Shown piece by piece: positions 50,781-62,739 of a DNA stretch of 64,000 nucleotides. The DNA is from Octopus bimaculoides. Taxonomy: Eukaryota. Every line of letters begins with the position of its first letter. The first letter of the stretch is position 1. The notes beneath the pieces are model-generated. The model was not told where the DNA came from and ran no database searches. It saw only the letters and a list, made by a program, of their open reading frames with translations. Both the position numbers and the translations under genes were made by a program. The stretch spans positions 29,133,030 to 29,197,029 of the forward strand of contig NC_068989.1 in assembly GCF_001194135.2 (NCBI RefSeq), given 5' to 3'.

Positions 50781-52405
50781 AATAATGATGATACATGCAG
50801 AGATTTGAAGAACTGGAGTCAAAATGGAGGAAATCATTTATTTAATATCTTACAAACAAATACATTCATGGGTGGCATTGAAGCTGGTACCAACTACTAT
50901 GTATACACTCTCCTCCTCCTATAGGGGAATTCACAGATTTTAATTACTATGTCAACCCCAAAACCTACTTAGTATTACACAGTAATAGGAAATACTGTTT
51001 TATGTTTACTATAAAATAGTACACATTATTTACTAGTCATCCAACTTCAATTGATGACACTGTTATGTTCAGAACTTCTTGGTGTTTCTAAGTAACTAAA
51101 GTGAGTTGAGGAATTACCAGTTCTATCAACTGGCAGTTATCTGCCAATTGGATTGGTTGACCCTACACTGACCATTGGCTGAAGAGGTTCTTCTGTTGAG
51201 ACTGTGTCATGTAGTTTTGCCAAAATGAAGATATGTTGAATGAAGATCAATAAATGTAACTTCAAATCTGCCATGCTGCGACCCATGATTTTGCTTTGAC
51301 CCTTGAGACTAACTCCTATATACACATCATTGGATGGCTGATGACTCTGGCTTGGGGTTGCTGGTTTAGTCACTGATGACCCAAACATGAGACAGGTTGT
51401 ATGGGCTACATGTTACCAGTTGCACTTGAGAGTGACCTGACATTACACAAGTATTTTTCCCTCTATATGCAATATGGCATCAATTAGGAACACTAAATAT
51501 TGAAATTTTTCATTTGTTAATCCATCCAAAACACGTAGAGACTGTGTTAGGCAGATGAGATAAATGCAGCTGGTGCAGGTTAATGTATGCAAGAAAAACA
51601 GGTAAAAAAGGAATCAAGAATTTTATCTGCATATTTTGTTTCCACCTGTGAGAGCTAGCTAGCTAGCAAGAGAGAGAGAGGTGGGGGAACCCAGATAAAG
51701 GCTTTGGATACATCTTAAAATGATTCACTCAGTTGTATTTTCTGAATTGCACAGTACAACACTGGTATTTAAGTAGTTATCAGTATAACTTAGTAGATTC
51801 ATGAAATCAAAACTTGTTTACATGGTTTTAGTCTAATGAGGTATAAAAAACAAATTTTTTAAAAAATACAGAAATATAATCATTTCTTGAACAACATTTA
51901 CTTATTTTATTATATTATCTCAGTTATATAACAACAGCGATAATTTTTTTTAAATCACTACTTTATCTAATAAGTTAAACCTCTGCTGTGGAAGAAACAA
52001 ATGAAATATATTGTTTTATTTGAATACTTTTGAATAAAACTAAACACAATGAGCCAATTGCAATTCTTTTCAAGTGGATACAAAATTATCTATGCTTAGA
52101 TATCAGAGCTGATACAATAGGTTTCTTGATTTGGCTGATTACATAGGCAATTCAAGCCTAGTGTGCATTTCAGTTTTCTCCATATAGAGCACATTAATTT
52201 CAGAGAAATTGGAATAGAATAATCATTATTATCATATAAAATAAATATAAATCCAGAATTTTCAGGCTGGTTGCAAAGCATTCTAAGGTCACAGAATTAC
52301 ATATGGAAATGATATATTTTCATGTCATGATTACATGTTCAAGTCATACACATTCAGGTGTGTAATCATATATATGTATGTATATGCACACGGACATCTA
52401 TACAT

Positions 52406-52498
<93 letters not shown>

Positions 52499-52504
52499 TA
52501 CATA

Positions 52505-53640
52505 TACAGGTTGTCCCGAAATTAAGGCAACTGAAGTTTTGGGCTTTAATAACTGTCAAATGTGATAAGATATGAAAATTATACATCATTATAAAAGCTT
52601 AGCCTATCTTCTTTTTGTTTCAGACTAAATAAATTCAGATTTATAACTTAAGTAATGACTATATATAATCATAACCCACCCGCAAAGGAGGTGAAAGTAA
52701 TACAGCTATAGATGTATTAACTGAACAACAGTTTAGAAAAATGTCAAGAAATTTCAAGAGATGTGTTCGACTGCTGATCAACCTGGATGTGGCTGAAAAA
52801 GAAGTGTGCAGACACCTCAGCTTATCAAAAGATACTATGAAATCCTCATTGTTGTCAGAAAACTGGCTACCACAGCAAGAATAAGCCGAACATTGATGTA
52901 TTGAGTGCCAGAAGAGGATCTCAGGACTCGCCCCTACAAGATGATCTGTCGTCATGAGCACATGCAAGTTTATAAGGCCATGAGACGGGAGAGAAGTTGT
53001 CTTGTCCTGTGTCAGATTGCTGAAGGCACGCTGCCCAACTTCATGTTAACTGATGTAAAGAAATTTGACATTGAACAGATAGTAAACAGCCAGAATGACT
53101 GACTCGTAGTAAACAGCCAGAATGACTGACTCTGGGGTAGACTCGTAAATCGACGTTAAAATCCACAGTCAATTATGGTTTGGGCAGCTGTAACAGCCAC
53201 TGGAAGGTCTCCCCTCATTTTTGTGTCCTTGGGTGCTAAAATTAACACCCAGAGATAAATTAGCGACATTCTAGAAACTCATCTGCTTCTATAGATAAAT
53301 GAGCATTTTCAAGGCACAACTTGGGAGCCTCCAGCAGGACTCAGCACTATCTCATAGCTCCAAACAGACACAACAGTGGATTCAGAAAAACATTATCGTT
53401 CATAGGAAAAGATGTATAACCCTCAAAGAGCTCCAATCTCAAGTTGTTGGATTTTTCTGATTGGTCTATTTTAGAGACAAGGGTCTTGAACACTCCTCAT
53501 GCTTTGCTCAATGCTCTGAAGGCAAAACTGTGCCAGGAATGGGCTGCATGCTATATGTGAAGCATTTGCACTTTGACTTAAGACTGTAATTTGAGATAGA
53601 GGTAGTCATATCGAATAAATGTCAGTGTCTTAATTGCATT
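52505..53640 (+). mobile_element. Tc1/mariner-superfamily (DD37D-like) transposon relic
   Basis: Begins ta|caggttgtccc after (TA)n/(CA)n. Decayed transposase: LTDVKKFDIEQIVNSQND, MVWAAVTATGRSPLIFV, QQDSALSHSSKQTQQW, LLDFSDWSILE. Confidence 0.8.
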
Positions 53641-53809
53641 TCTTTTACCATTGCATTGGAACATATGGACCTGAGACATAACAATATTTTGTTTTAGCAA
53701 AATTGAATATAGACATACATATTCATTTGTTTTGCAAGATTCCTAATGTGAAACCATATGTAAGAATTGCTATGCTAATCCTATAGCTTCCTTCCAACAT
53801 AGGGACCAA

Positions 53810-55709
53810 AGCCCAACTAATTAGGGAGAGAGTCAGTTTAGATGAGATGCAGTTTGGGTTTGTGCTAGGAAAAAGCACCACTGATGCTATATTTCTGATA
53901 AGACAGCTGCAGGAGAAATACCTAGCCAAAGGTAAACCTCTGTACCTGGCCTTCGTTGACATGGAGAAAGCCTTTGACAGGGTCCCCCGATCCCTTATCT
54001 GGTGGTCAATGAGGAAACTAGAGATAGAAGAATGGTTAGTGAGAGCTGTGCGAGCCATGTACAGAGACACTGTCAGTAAGGTGAGGGTTGGCAATGACTA
54101 CAGTAAAGAATTCTCGGTAGAGGTAGGGGTCCACCAAGGTTCAGTCCTCAGCCCCCTCCTATTTATCATAGTCCTCCAGGCGATAACACAGGAATTCAAG
54201 ACAGGATGCCCTTGNNNNNNNNNNCATAGTCCTCCAGGCGATAACACAGGAATTCAAGACAGGATGCCCTTGGGAGCTCCTCTATGCTGATGACCTTGCA
54301 CTAATTGCTGAGTCACTATCAGAACTAGAGACAAAGTTTCAGGTGCGGAAGCAAGGTCTAGATTCGAAGGGCCTTAAAGTCAATCTGGCAAAAACCAAAG
54401 TCTTAATAAGTAGGAAGGCAGACAAACCACAAATCCCTTCAGGCAGATGCCCTGCTCAATCTGTAGAAAAGGCGTAGGTACAAACTCTATAAGATGTACG
54501 CAGTGCAAGCTATGGACACATAAGAGTTGCAGCAATATCAAAGGAAGGTTAACTAGGAAGTTAATTTTTGTATGTGGCAGATGTTCAGGAGCAATAAACA
54601 CTGAAAATGTGCAGAAAAGAACTTTGGCCACATTCCAGGAAGAAAAACTAGACTTAGTTGATAGTTTCCGCTATCTGGATGACCAAGTTAGTAGTGGGGG
54701 AGGGTGCACTGAAAGTCTAGCTGCTAGAATAAGAATAGCCTGGGAAAAGTTACGAGAGCTCTTACCTCTGCTGGTGACAAGGAGCCTCTCACTCAGAGTA
54801 AAAGGCAGACTGTATGACGCATGTGTACGAACAGCCATGCTACATGGCAGTGAAACATGGACCATGACTGCTGAGGACATGCGTAGGCTCACAAAGAATG
54901 AAGCCAGTATGCTCTGATGGATGCGTAATGTCAGTGTGCATACTAGACAGAGTGTAAGTACCTTGCAAGAAAAGTTGAACCTAAGAAGCATCAGTTGTGG
55001 TGTGCAAGAGAGACGATTGCGCTGGTATGGTCATGTGGCGAGAATGGATGAGGATAGTTGTGTGAAAAAGTGCCACATTCTAGCAGTTGAGTGAACCTGT
55101 GGAAGAGGTAGGCCCAGGAAGACCTGGGATGAGGTGGTGAGGCACGACATTCAAACATTTGGCCTCACAGAGGCGATGACTTCTGACCGAGGCCTTTGGA
55201 AATATGCTGTGCATGAGAAGACCCGGCAAGCCAAGTGAGACCTAAATCCAAGGCCTCTGCCACGGGTGTAGCCAGCCCACTTATGCGTACCCTTCTTCAT
55301 TGGACACTAAACTCCACTTGCGAAGACCTGTTGAGGCAAGTGAAATCGAAATCGAACTAAATTCGACAACTGGCACCTGTGCCCAGCGTCGCCTTCCTGA
55401 CACTTGTGCCAGTGGCACGTGTAAAGACATTCAAGTGAGATCGTTGCCAGTGCCGCTGGACTGGCTCCTGTGCAGGTGGCACATAAAATACACCATTTTG
55501 AGCGTGGCCGTTGCCAGTACTGCCTGACTGGCCATCGTGCCAGTGGCATGTAAAACACCCACTACACTCCCGGAGTGGTTCGGCATTAGGAAGGGCATCC
55601 AGCTGTAGAAACTCTGCCAAATAAGATTGGAGTCTGGTGTAGCCATCTGGTTCACCAGTCCTCAGTCAAATTGTCCAACCCATGCTAGCATGGAAAGCAG
55701 ACGTTAAAC

Positions 55710-55744
<35 letters not shown>

Positions 55745-55745
55745 C
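53810..55745 (+). mobile_element. Relatively young 5'-truncated RTE LINE (RT 3' half + complete 3' UTR + (GAT)n)
   Basis: MQFGFVLGKSTTDAIF..FVDMEKAFDRVP..VGVHQGSVLSPLLF, YADD at ~54283, CSICRKGVGTNSIRCTQC, LYDACVRTAMLHGSETW. Confidence 0.95.
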
Positions 55746-55758
55746 ATGTATCTATGTG

Positions 55759-55791
<33 letters not shown>

Positions 55792-55974
55792 TCCTATCTA
55801 TAATATAAATCCCGTTCTGTGTGCGTGTGTTTAAAAGATTATAATGGCCATATTTTTCAACTGATGTTCTCCCAACTGGGAACATATATATATATATCCA
55901 TGAAAATACATATACATATACATATATATATATATGTATATATGTGTGTGTGTGTATATATATATATATCATCA

Positions 55975-56460
55975 TCATCATTGTTTAACATCCGCTTTCC
56001 ATGCTGGCATGGGCCGGACGGTTTGACTGAGGACTAGCAAGCCAGAAGGCTGCACCAGGCTCCAATCTGGTCTGGCGGAGTTTCTACAGCTGGATGCCCT
56101 TCCTAATGCCTACCACTCCAAGAGTGTAGTGGGTGCTTTTACATGCCACCAGCATAAAAGCCAGTCAGGTGGTACTGGCATCGACCACACTCAAATGGTG
56201 CTTTTTATGTGGTAACAGATTTGGTTCCCGCAATGAGGAGGGAACTAGACTGCTGGCGTTCTGTGATGCAAATGATCTAATGGTCTGTAATACTAACTTC
56301 AGGAAACCTGTCAGTCACTTGTTCATCTACACTAGTCAGATTGATTACATTCTCACCAGGAAACAGGCAACATGGCTGTTTATAAATGTCAAAACTCTAT
56401 CAGGTGAACAAGGTACCCTACAACATAAGTTAGATGCTAGTGATTTCAGTATCAGGGCTA
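55975..56460. mobile_element. Inverted RTE 3' UTR (55975-56210, minus) fused to an RTE endonuclease fragment (56210-56460, plus)
   Basis: catcatcattgtttaacatccgctttcc is the reverse tail; ORF 56133 continues GSRNEEGTRLLAFCDANDLMVCNTNFRKP..QIDYIL. Confidence 0.75.
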
Positions 56461-57789
56461 AATGGCAAGCAACCATATGCTGTCATCTGTTGGCATACTA
56501 CAAAACTAGTCTGGGAAAGTTTTGATATCGCCTTGTATGAAAGCTGGAATCTCCACTTTTCACATGAATCATCTGAGAAAAGTAGTGAAATAATGCTTTG
56601 TGGAGTAATAAAAGTCTCGTAGAATCCACCTCTTACTGGAATAGAATGAAATCTCGGAGGAAAATTAATAATTGCTGCTGCTGCTAGGAATAAAACAAAA
56701 GGGAGTCTAAAAACCCTAATAACATAACAGCAATGCTGAAGAAATGATTTTCTGCACATGCATACACAAAAAACTCTTTTTCAGAAAATTTGCAATCACA
56801 TCCCTTATTGAACCATTTACACTGCTACTCCTCTTCCTTGCCACTGCCACCACCACCACTTAGCACTTGCTTAACTCAAAAATGTGCCACGAAGTGTGTG
56901 TATTTATGCTGTAGTACAAAAAACAATAAAACAATGTTGGAAGTTTATGAGATACCTCACATAAATTAGCATATGCATATATATATATATATATAAAGAG
57001 ATGAAGAGAGGCAGACAGAGTGAACAGCCAATTGACACAGTTGTTACATATAAAGTTCACATATGTAGAAACATTTTATTGAAGCAGTACATAATACCAG
57101 GAAAAAAAACAAAACAAAAAGCCTCATTTTAATTCATATTTCATATATTTCAATTACAAAAGTAAATTAATGGTAACTTTCTATTCCAAACATCACTTAT
57201 TATTTCACATAGAACTGATGTCTCTGGAGTTCACTTTAGCTGTTGCTGATGTTATGATTAAGTTGACTTATGATCATAGATATTCCAATCATATACATTC
57301 CATTCCCCCCCCCCTTGTTGTCTGGCATTGCATATTTACAACTGCATTCTACCACATGTCCTCTTCCCCTTTTCTATGATGGTATGGGTGTGCAATTTAA
57401 GGAACATGTAACTTCAATTTGTAGTAGGTTGAGCAACTTTTAGGTACTGAAGCTACTTATCTAACTCGTTAGATATGGAAGAATCTGAGACATATATGCC
57501 AGCATTTGAGAGAGATGCTATGAAAATAAAGTTGTTTCAGTTGAGATCAATAAATAATAAATGAGCCTGAATTTGGTTGGTTAACACACTTTTAAAAGAA
57601 AGGACAGTGAGAATTTATTGCAGCAGCATGACTACATATGTGACACAGCTGGTTCCTCGATCAACAAGTATAATTGCTATGAAACATTTTATAGCAAGGC
57701 ATTATTTAGAAGCCAGACAAATCCCTCTTGCTGATTGCTAATATAGCAATAACAACAAAGTTTCTTAGAAGCATAACAATATTTGATTG

Positions 57790-58144
57790 TTGGCTGTGTG
57801 GTAAGAAGTTTGCTTCCCATCCACATGATCCTGGATTCAGTTCCACTGCACCTTGAACAAGTGTCTTCTACTATAGCCTTGGGCAGATCAAAGCCTTGTG
57901 AGTGCTTTTGGTAGATGAAAACTGAAAGTAATCTGTTATATAGTATATACTCTTTTACTTGTTTCAGTGGCCATGCTGGAGCACCGTCTTTAGTCGAGCA
58001 AATCGACCCCAGGACTTATGCTTTGTAAGCCTAGTACTTATTCTATCAGTCTCTTTTGCTGAACTGTTAAGTTATGGGGACGTAAACACACTAGCATTGG
58101 TTGTCAAGCGATGTTGGGGGTGGGGGACAAACACAGAAACATTA

Positions 58145-58179
<35 letters not shown>

Positions 58180-58520
58180 CGACGGGCTTCTTTCAGTTTC
58201 CGTCTACCAAATCCACTCACAAGGCTTTGGTTGGCCCGAGGCTATAGTAGAAGACATTTGCCCAAGGTGCCACGCAGTGGGACTGAACCCGGAACCATGT
58301 GGTTCGTAAGCAAGCTACTTACCACACACCCACTCCTACACCTACGTATAATATAAATATATCTGTGTGTCTTTGTCACTATGCTTGTCCCCCTACACCA
58401 CTTGACAACTAGTGCTGGTGTGTTTATGTCCCCATAACTTAGCACTTCGGAAAAAGAGATTGACAGAATAAATACTAGGCTTTAAAAATATAAGTAGTGG
58501 GATTGGTATATTTGATTAAA
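57790..58520. mobile_element. Cluster of CORE-like SINEs: plus copy 57790-57935, full composite minus copy 57950-58345, plus tail 58360-58520
   Basis: Direct matches to 32250-32580 in both orientations. Confidence 0.8.
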
Positions 58521-60229
58521 AAAAAAATTCATCAAGGCATGGCCACAGTCTAATGAATGAAAGAAGTAAAAAATAAAAAACAAAAACAAAAAAATAAATG
58601 GTTAATAATTAGTTGAAATAGATGTGTATTCATTAATACTTAACTTGCAGGATCTGTGAATATTCTATGGAAATAATGGTAAACCTAGTGTTATTTTTGA
58701 AAATTTTATCTAAAAAACCCAAAAGCTTAGCCTGTGTTGTGTCTGTATGGAAAGATAGCCGCTTGTCTGCTACTCATTGAAAAGTTAAAGAAATTGGAAT
58801 ACAATGACTATTTAATGCACTTTATATACTTTATGCACAATTTTATAGACTTAATACACTGCACTCATAAGATAAATTTTCATTCTTATTTTTCCATTTA
58901 CATGGCATAGATCTGCCATGTAAATAAGCTTGAATATTTCACGGAATTGCACTTATGCACATGCATTAATTGATAGGTGATATAAAAAAACTTGGTTCAA
59001 TTTTTAAAAAAATACACTTTTCACTATATAATCACCACCACCACGGTCCCTCTCTCTCTCCCTCTTTGCCTTATCCTCTTTTCTTCACTTCTTTTTCTTT
59101 CTCCTCTCTTTCCCTTCAACTAATCACATGAAGGTTACAATTACATTCCCTCTATTGTCATGAATGCTTCTCTCTCCCTGTTTTTCTCCCTCCTTCCTCT
59201 TCTCTAATTACATGAAAGTGTTACCAACAGACAGGATTATTATAAGGTCATAAACACTTACAAACATACACACGTTTGCATGTATTTATTAGGTTAATAA
59301 ATTTAATTTCTTTATAGTAAATTTTACAGTCAGTATAATGTTTTATTCTCATATTTTTAGGTTGAAAAATAAAATGCCCTTAAAATGTGTCACTAATTTT
59401 GTTAGTCATTGGCAACAAAAATTCCATGAAATGAAAACAAGTTTATTTTATGATTATGTATAGTAGATGCATTAAAAATATTCAATTCTGGTTATAATTC
59501 ACAAATCTGATTTCCTGACATGTCATGGCTAAACCTAAGAAAGATAAGTATAAATTCAATGTATGTGTGTATGTGTGTGAGAGAGAGAGAGAAGGGGGAG
59601 AGGGAGAGAGACAGAGTGGTTCTATTATTGAAGGAAATGATTTGTGAATACTGGCATTTGCAAAAAAAAAATGAAGGGAAAAAGACAAACACCATTTTCT
59701 GTGAAAGTAGGCAGTCAATTCAAATTTAAGAAAAAGCTAAGAAAATCAGCCAATCATTGGAGAAAGGGTGACACAACAGAAATATAAAACATACAACAAA
59801 ATGTTTTTGGCATGGCTTTGCCCAATATGACATTATTAAGATTCCTACTTATGCAATAATTTAAAAACAAACATGATGACAGTGTTGACTAAAATATTGG
59901 GTTATGTTGTACCTGAATCTATTTACATACATCAAGAACCTGAGGAAATAAAGAAATATATCAATGCAGGTACGGATAACTGAGAAGTTTGCTTCATAAC
60001 CACCTAGTTCTGAGTTCAATCCTACTGTGTAACATTTCGTAACAGTCAGGTTTTGTGAGCAGGATTTGGTAAATAGAGAAACAGTGAAAAAGACTGTAAT
60101 GCGTGTGTGTGTATGAAAGCATGAGCATTGTAAAATTTGTGTTGGCTGGATCTTTAAGTGAAAGATATAAACATGGGTAATGAAAAGTGCAAAAATGCTA
60201 CCATACAAATGCAATCCCTTGTAATATCT

Positions 60230-60540
60230 CAGTTCTATATATAAGAGATGAGGAATTATATACATTATTTACAATTGACGGATATTTGTCCTCATCTTGT
60301 TTGTTGTTAACACAACATTTCAGCTGATATACCCTCCAGCCTTCATCAGGTGTCTTGGAGAAATTTCTAACCTGGGCATATGGTGTAGTGGTTAAGAGCG
60401 CAGGCTACTAACCCCAAGATTCTGAGTTCGATTCCAGGCAGTGACCTGAATAATAATAATAATATCGAAAAATACTTTAGGAATGAGAACCCAGGAACAA
60501 ACAAGATGAGGACAAACATCCATCAATTGGAAATAATGTG
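60230..60540. mobile_element. Second copy of the hammerhead SINE-like element: inverted tail with hammerhead (60230-60376, minus), then tRNA-like head-(AAT)n-tail (60375-60540, plus)
   Basis: Minus: gacac-CTGATGA-a-ggctg..cagct-GAAA-tgt-t-gtgtt. Plus: A-box tggtgtagtgg (60381) and B-box gagttcgattcc (60424); body matches 41958-42195 with the hammerhead segment deleted. Confidence 0.85.
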
Positions 60541-60739
60541 TTTGTAATATTTGTTTTACAGAGTTACAGATACTCTCCTGTCACTCTCACTACTGAATAT
60601 GCAATGAACCATTGACTGGAAACCCAGTAGAAACCAAATGCAATATAAATTAAATGAAAATTAAATGAGTATAAATCTTACCTATCTTATTAAAAAATAA
60701 CATCCAAGGATAATTAAAAATTTTCTCCATACTTAAATG

Positions 60740-60775
60740 ACTTACCTGGAAAATAAGAGAAAACATAAATAATTT
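60740..60775 (-). promoter_or_regulatory. Candidate recursive splice site (ratchet point)
   Basis: Minus strand reads ttatttatgttttctcttattttccag|GTAAGT, a juxtaposed acceptor and consensus donor. Confidence 0.5.
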
Positions 60776-60865
60776 AAAAGGTAAAATTAAGAGTCTTGAA
60801 AGACAAAACATTTTCCAATGTCTTGCAATCATTAAAAATTTTGTTATGTCAGGGGAGAGCCATTA

Positions 60866-61105
60866 ATATCTAACACACTCACCAGTTTAATTTCCACTCA
60901 TTATTTATATCTTTCTTTTCCAAAATTTTCATTGCTCTTGCAACCTTGTCAATGGATAATGGACAGAGTCAACATCCATCGACAAGGTTGCCAAAACAAT
61001 AACAATTTTGGAAAAGAAAAAATATAAATAATGAGTAGAAATTGAACCGGTGAGTGTGTTAGATATAAAAGCAGTATGACACTCCCCAGACACAACAAAA
61101 TTTGT
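60866..61105. repeat. Short palindrome formed from the distal end of the Penelope pLTR family
   Basis: 60866-60957 is inverted to 60974-61066; the plus arm matches 29020-29170. Confidence 0.75.
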
Positions 61106-61389
61106 TTCAACATACAAATTTACATAACGAATTTTGCAAACCAGATACAAAAACAAATTCAAATATTTGCACACAAAAGAATTCAATAATCATTGTCAAA
61201 AAAAAACAAACCAAAATGAAAAAAAAAGGGATTGGAGGGGGTGATACATACCCTGTGCACAGATAAATTTTTTCAAAAATTATAGGGTGGCTTACAATGC
61301 GTTGTTTACCCAAGCTTTTTAACTGAACTGATTTATTTATAAATCCATTATAGATATTTATACTCCGGCAAAATTAAAAGAAAGCAACT

Positions 61390-61890
61390 CGTAAATAAAT
61401 AAAACCATCAAATCCATCACTGTACACATACACAGAGTTGCATATCTATGTACGTATGTACCCACACTTGTCTACATGCAAAGGTACACCATGATCTATA
61501 TACATGCAGATGAGGGTTGATTCATATGAAAAAAAGAAAGTAAACAAAATAATATGACCACTTGTTTATGAGGAAATTTCTAAGTTCAATTAAAAAAAAA
61601 ATTTTTTTTAAGTATCACCATTATAGGTATTTATACTCTGCTGAAAATAAGAAAGCAGCTCATAAATAAACAAAACCCTCAAATCTATCACTGTATGCGC
61701 ACACACGCACACACACACACACTCAATCGCACATTTATGTATGTATGTATGTACCAACATAGGTACACCATGTTCTATACACACACAGACGAGGGTCGAT
61801 TCATATGAAAAAGAAGGTGAACAAAATAATGTGACCACTTGCTTATCAAGAAATTTGTAAGTTAAAATTAAAAAGAATTTTTTTTTTTTT
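61390..61890 (+). repeat. Diverged ~270-bp tandem duplication, followed by a Helentron/DINE-like segment to ~62070
   Basis: Both units contain taaataaa.aaaacc.tcaaatc.atcactgta..ggtacaccatg..gaggg..gattcatatgaaaaa..aacaaaataat.tgaccacttg. Confidence 0.7.
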
Positions 61891-62739
61891 TGCTTTCTTG
61901 AAAGATAATCAAACCAAATGTTCATCATTTTGAGCCACTCACCCAATGAGTATTTGTGCCAAATTTGGTGAAAATCTGCTCAGCCATTTTCAAGTAATTT
62001 TGCAAACACACAAACAGACGAAGACAAGTGATGACAATACCATGCTTTTGCTTATGTGTACAAGGTAATAAAGACAACAGAGCAATGAAATATACCTTTT
62101 ATACTTTCTGAACTCTAAGAATGTATAGCTAAATGCAAATTCTGATAAATGAAGAAAAAGTATTGTCTTATGATCCCATAAAATGTAAATCTCAGAGTTT
62201 TGCCATTTATAAAAAAACTTAAATGACCTAAATGTATTTCCTCACAAACTAACAAGAGAACATATATATCCTTCCTTGACCTATCAGAAATAACAGGCAA
62301 ATTGTCATTCAAATATGTAGTTGGATTTACAGAAGACAGATTGGTCATAGTTATTTAATAACGGTTGACCTGAGCCTACAGAATTTGTATTGTTTTTTTC
62401 TGATCAAGAATACATAAAGACTTTGTAAAATTAGATTCTGACACATTTGTTTCAGCTTCAAACAGCAATAGAAATATTTCAATTTAAATGTAAATATAAC
62501 AATTTAAATGCAATTGAAACAGAGCCAGTATCTTTCTTTTATCATAATTACCATTATCATCATCATCATTTTATCACAGAGATAAATGGGCAATGAATTG
62601 ATCTATATGACAGTACAACAGCATTAGAAATAGCCACATAATATAAATTAATACCATAATCCAACATGATGATTTAATAATTCAGCTTCCGGAGACACCA
62701 CAAAATGTGTTTATCATAGGGGGCAACACAGTAGATCAC

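Noticed and set aside
54165-54275. ~50-bp direct repeat flanking a 10-N gap inside the RTE
   Set aside because: Typical unmerged contig overlap; assembly artefact.
60375-60445. tRNA gene
   Set aside because: A and B boxes are present but no convincing acceptor stem; embedded in a repeat, so treated as a SINE head.
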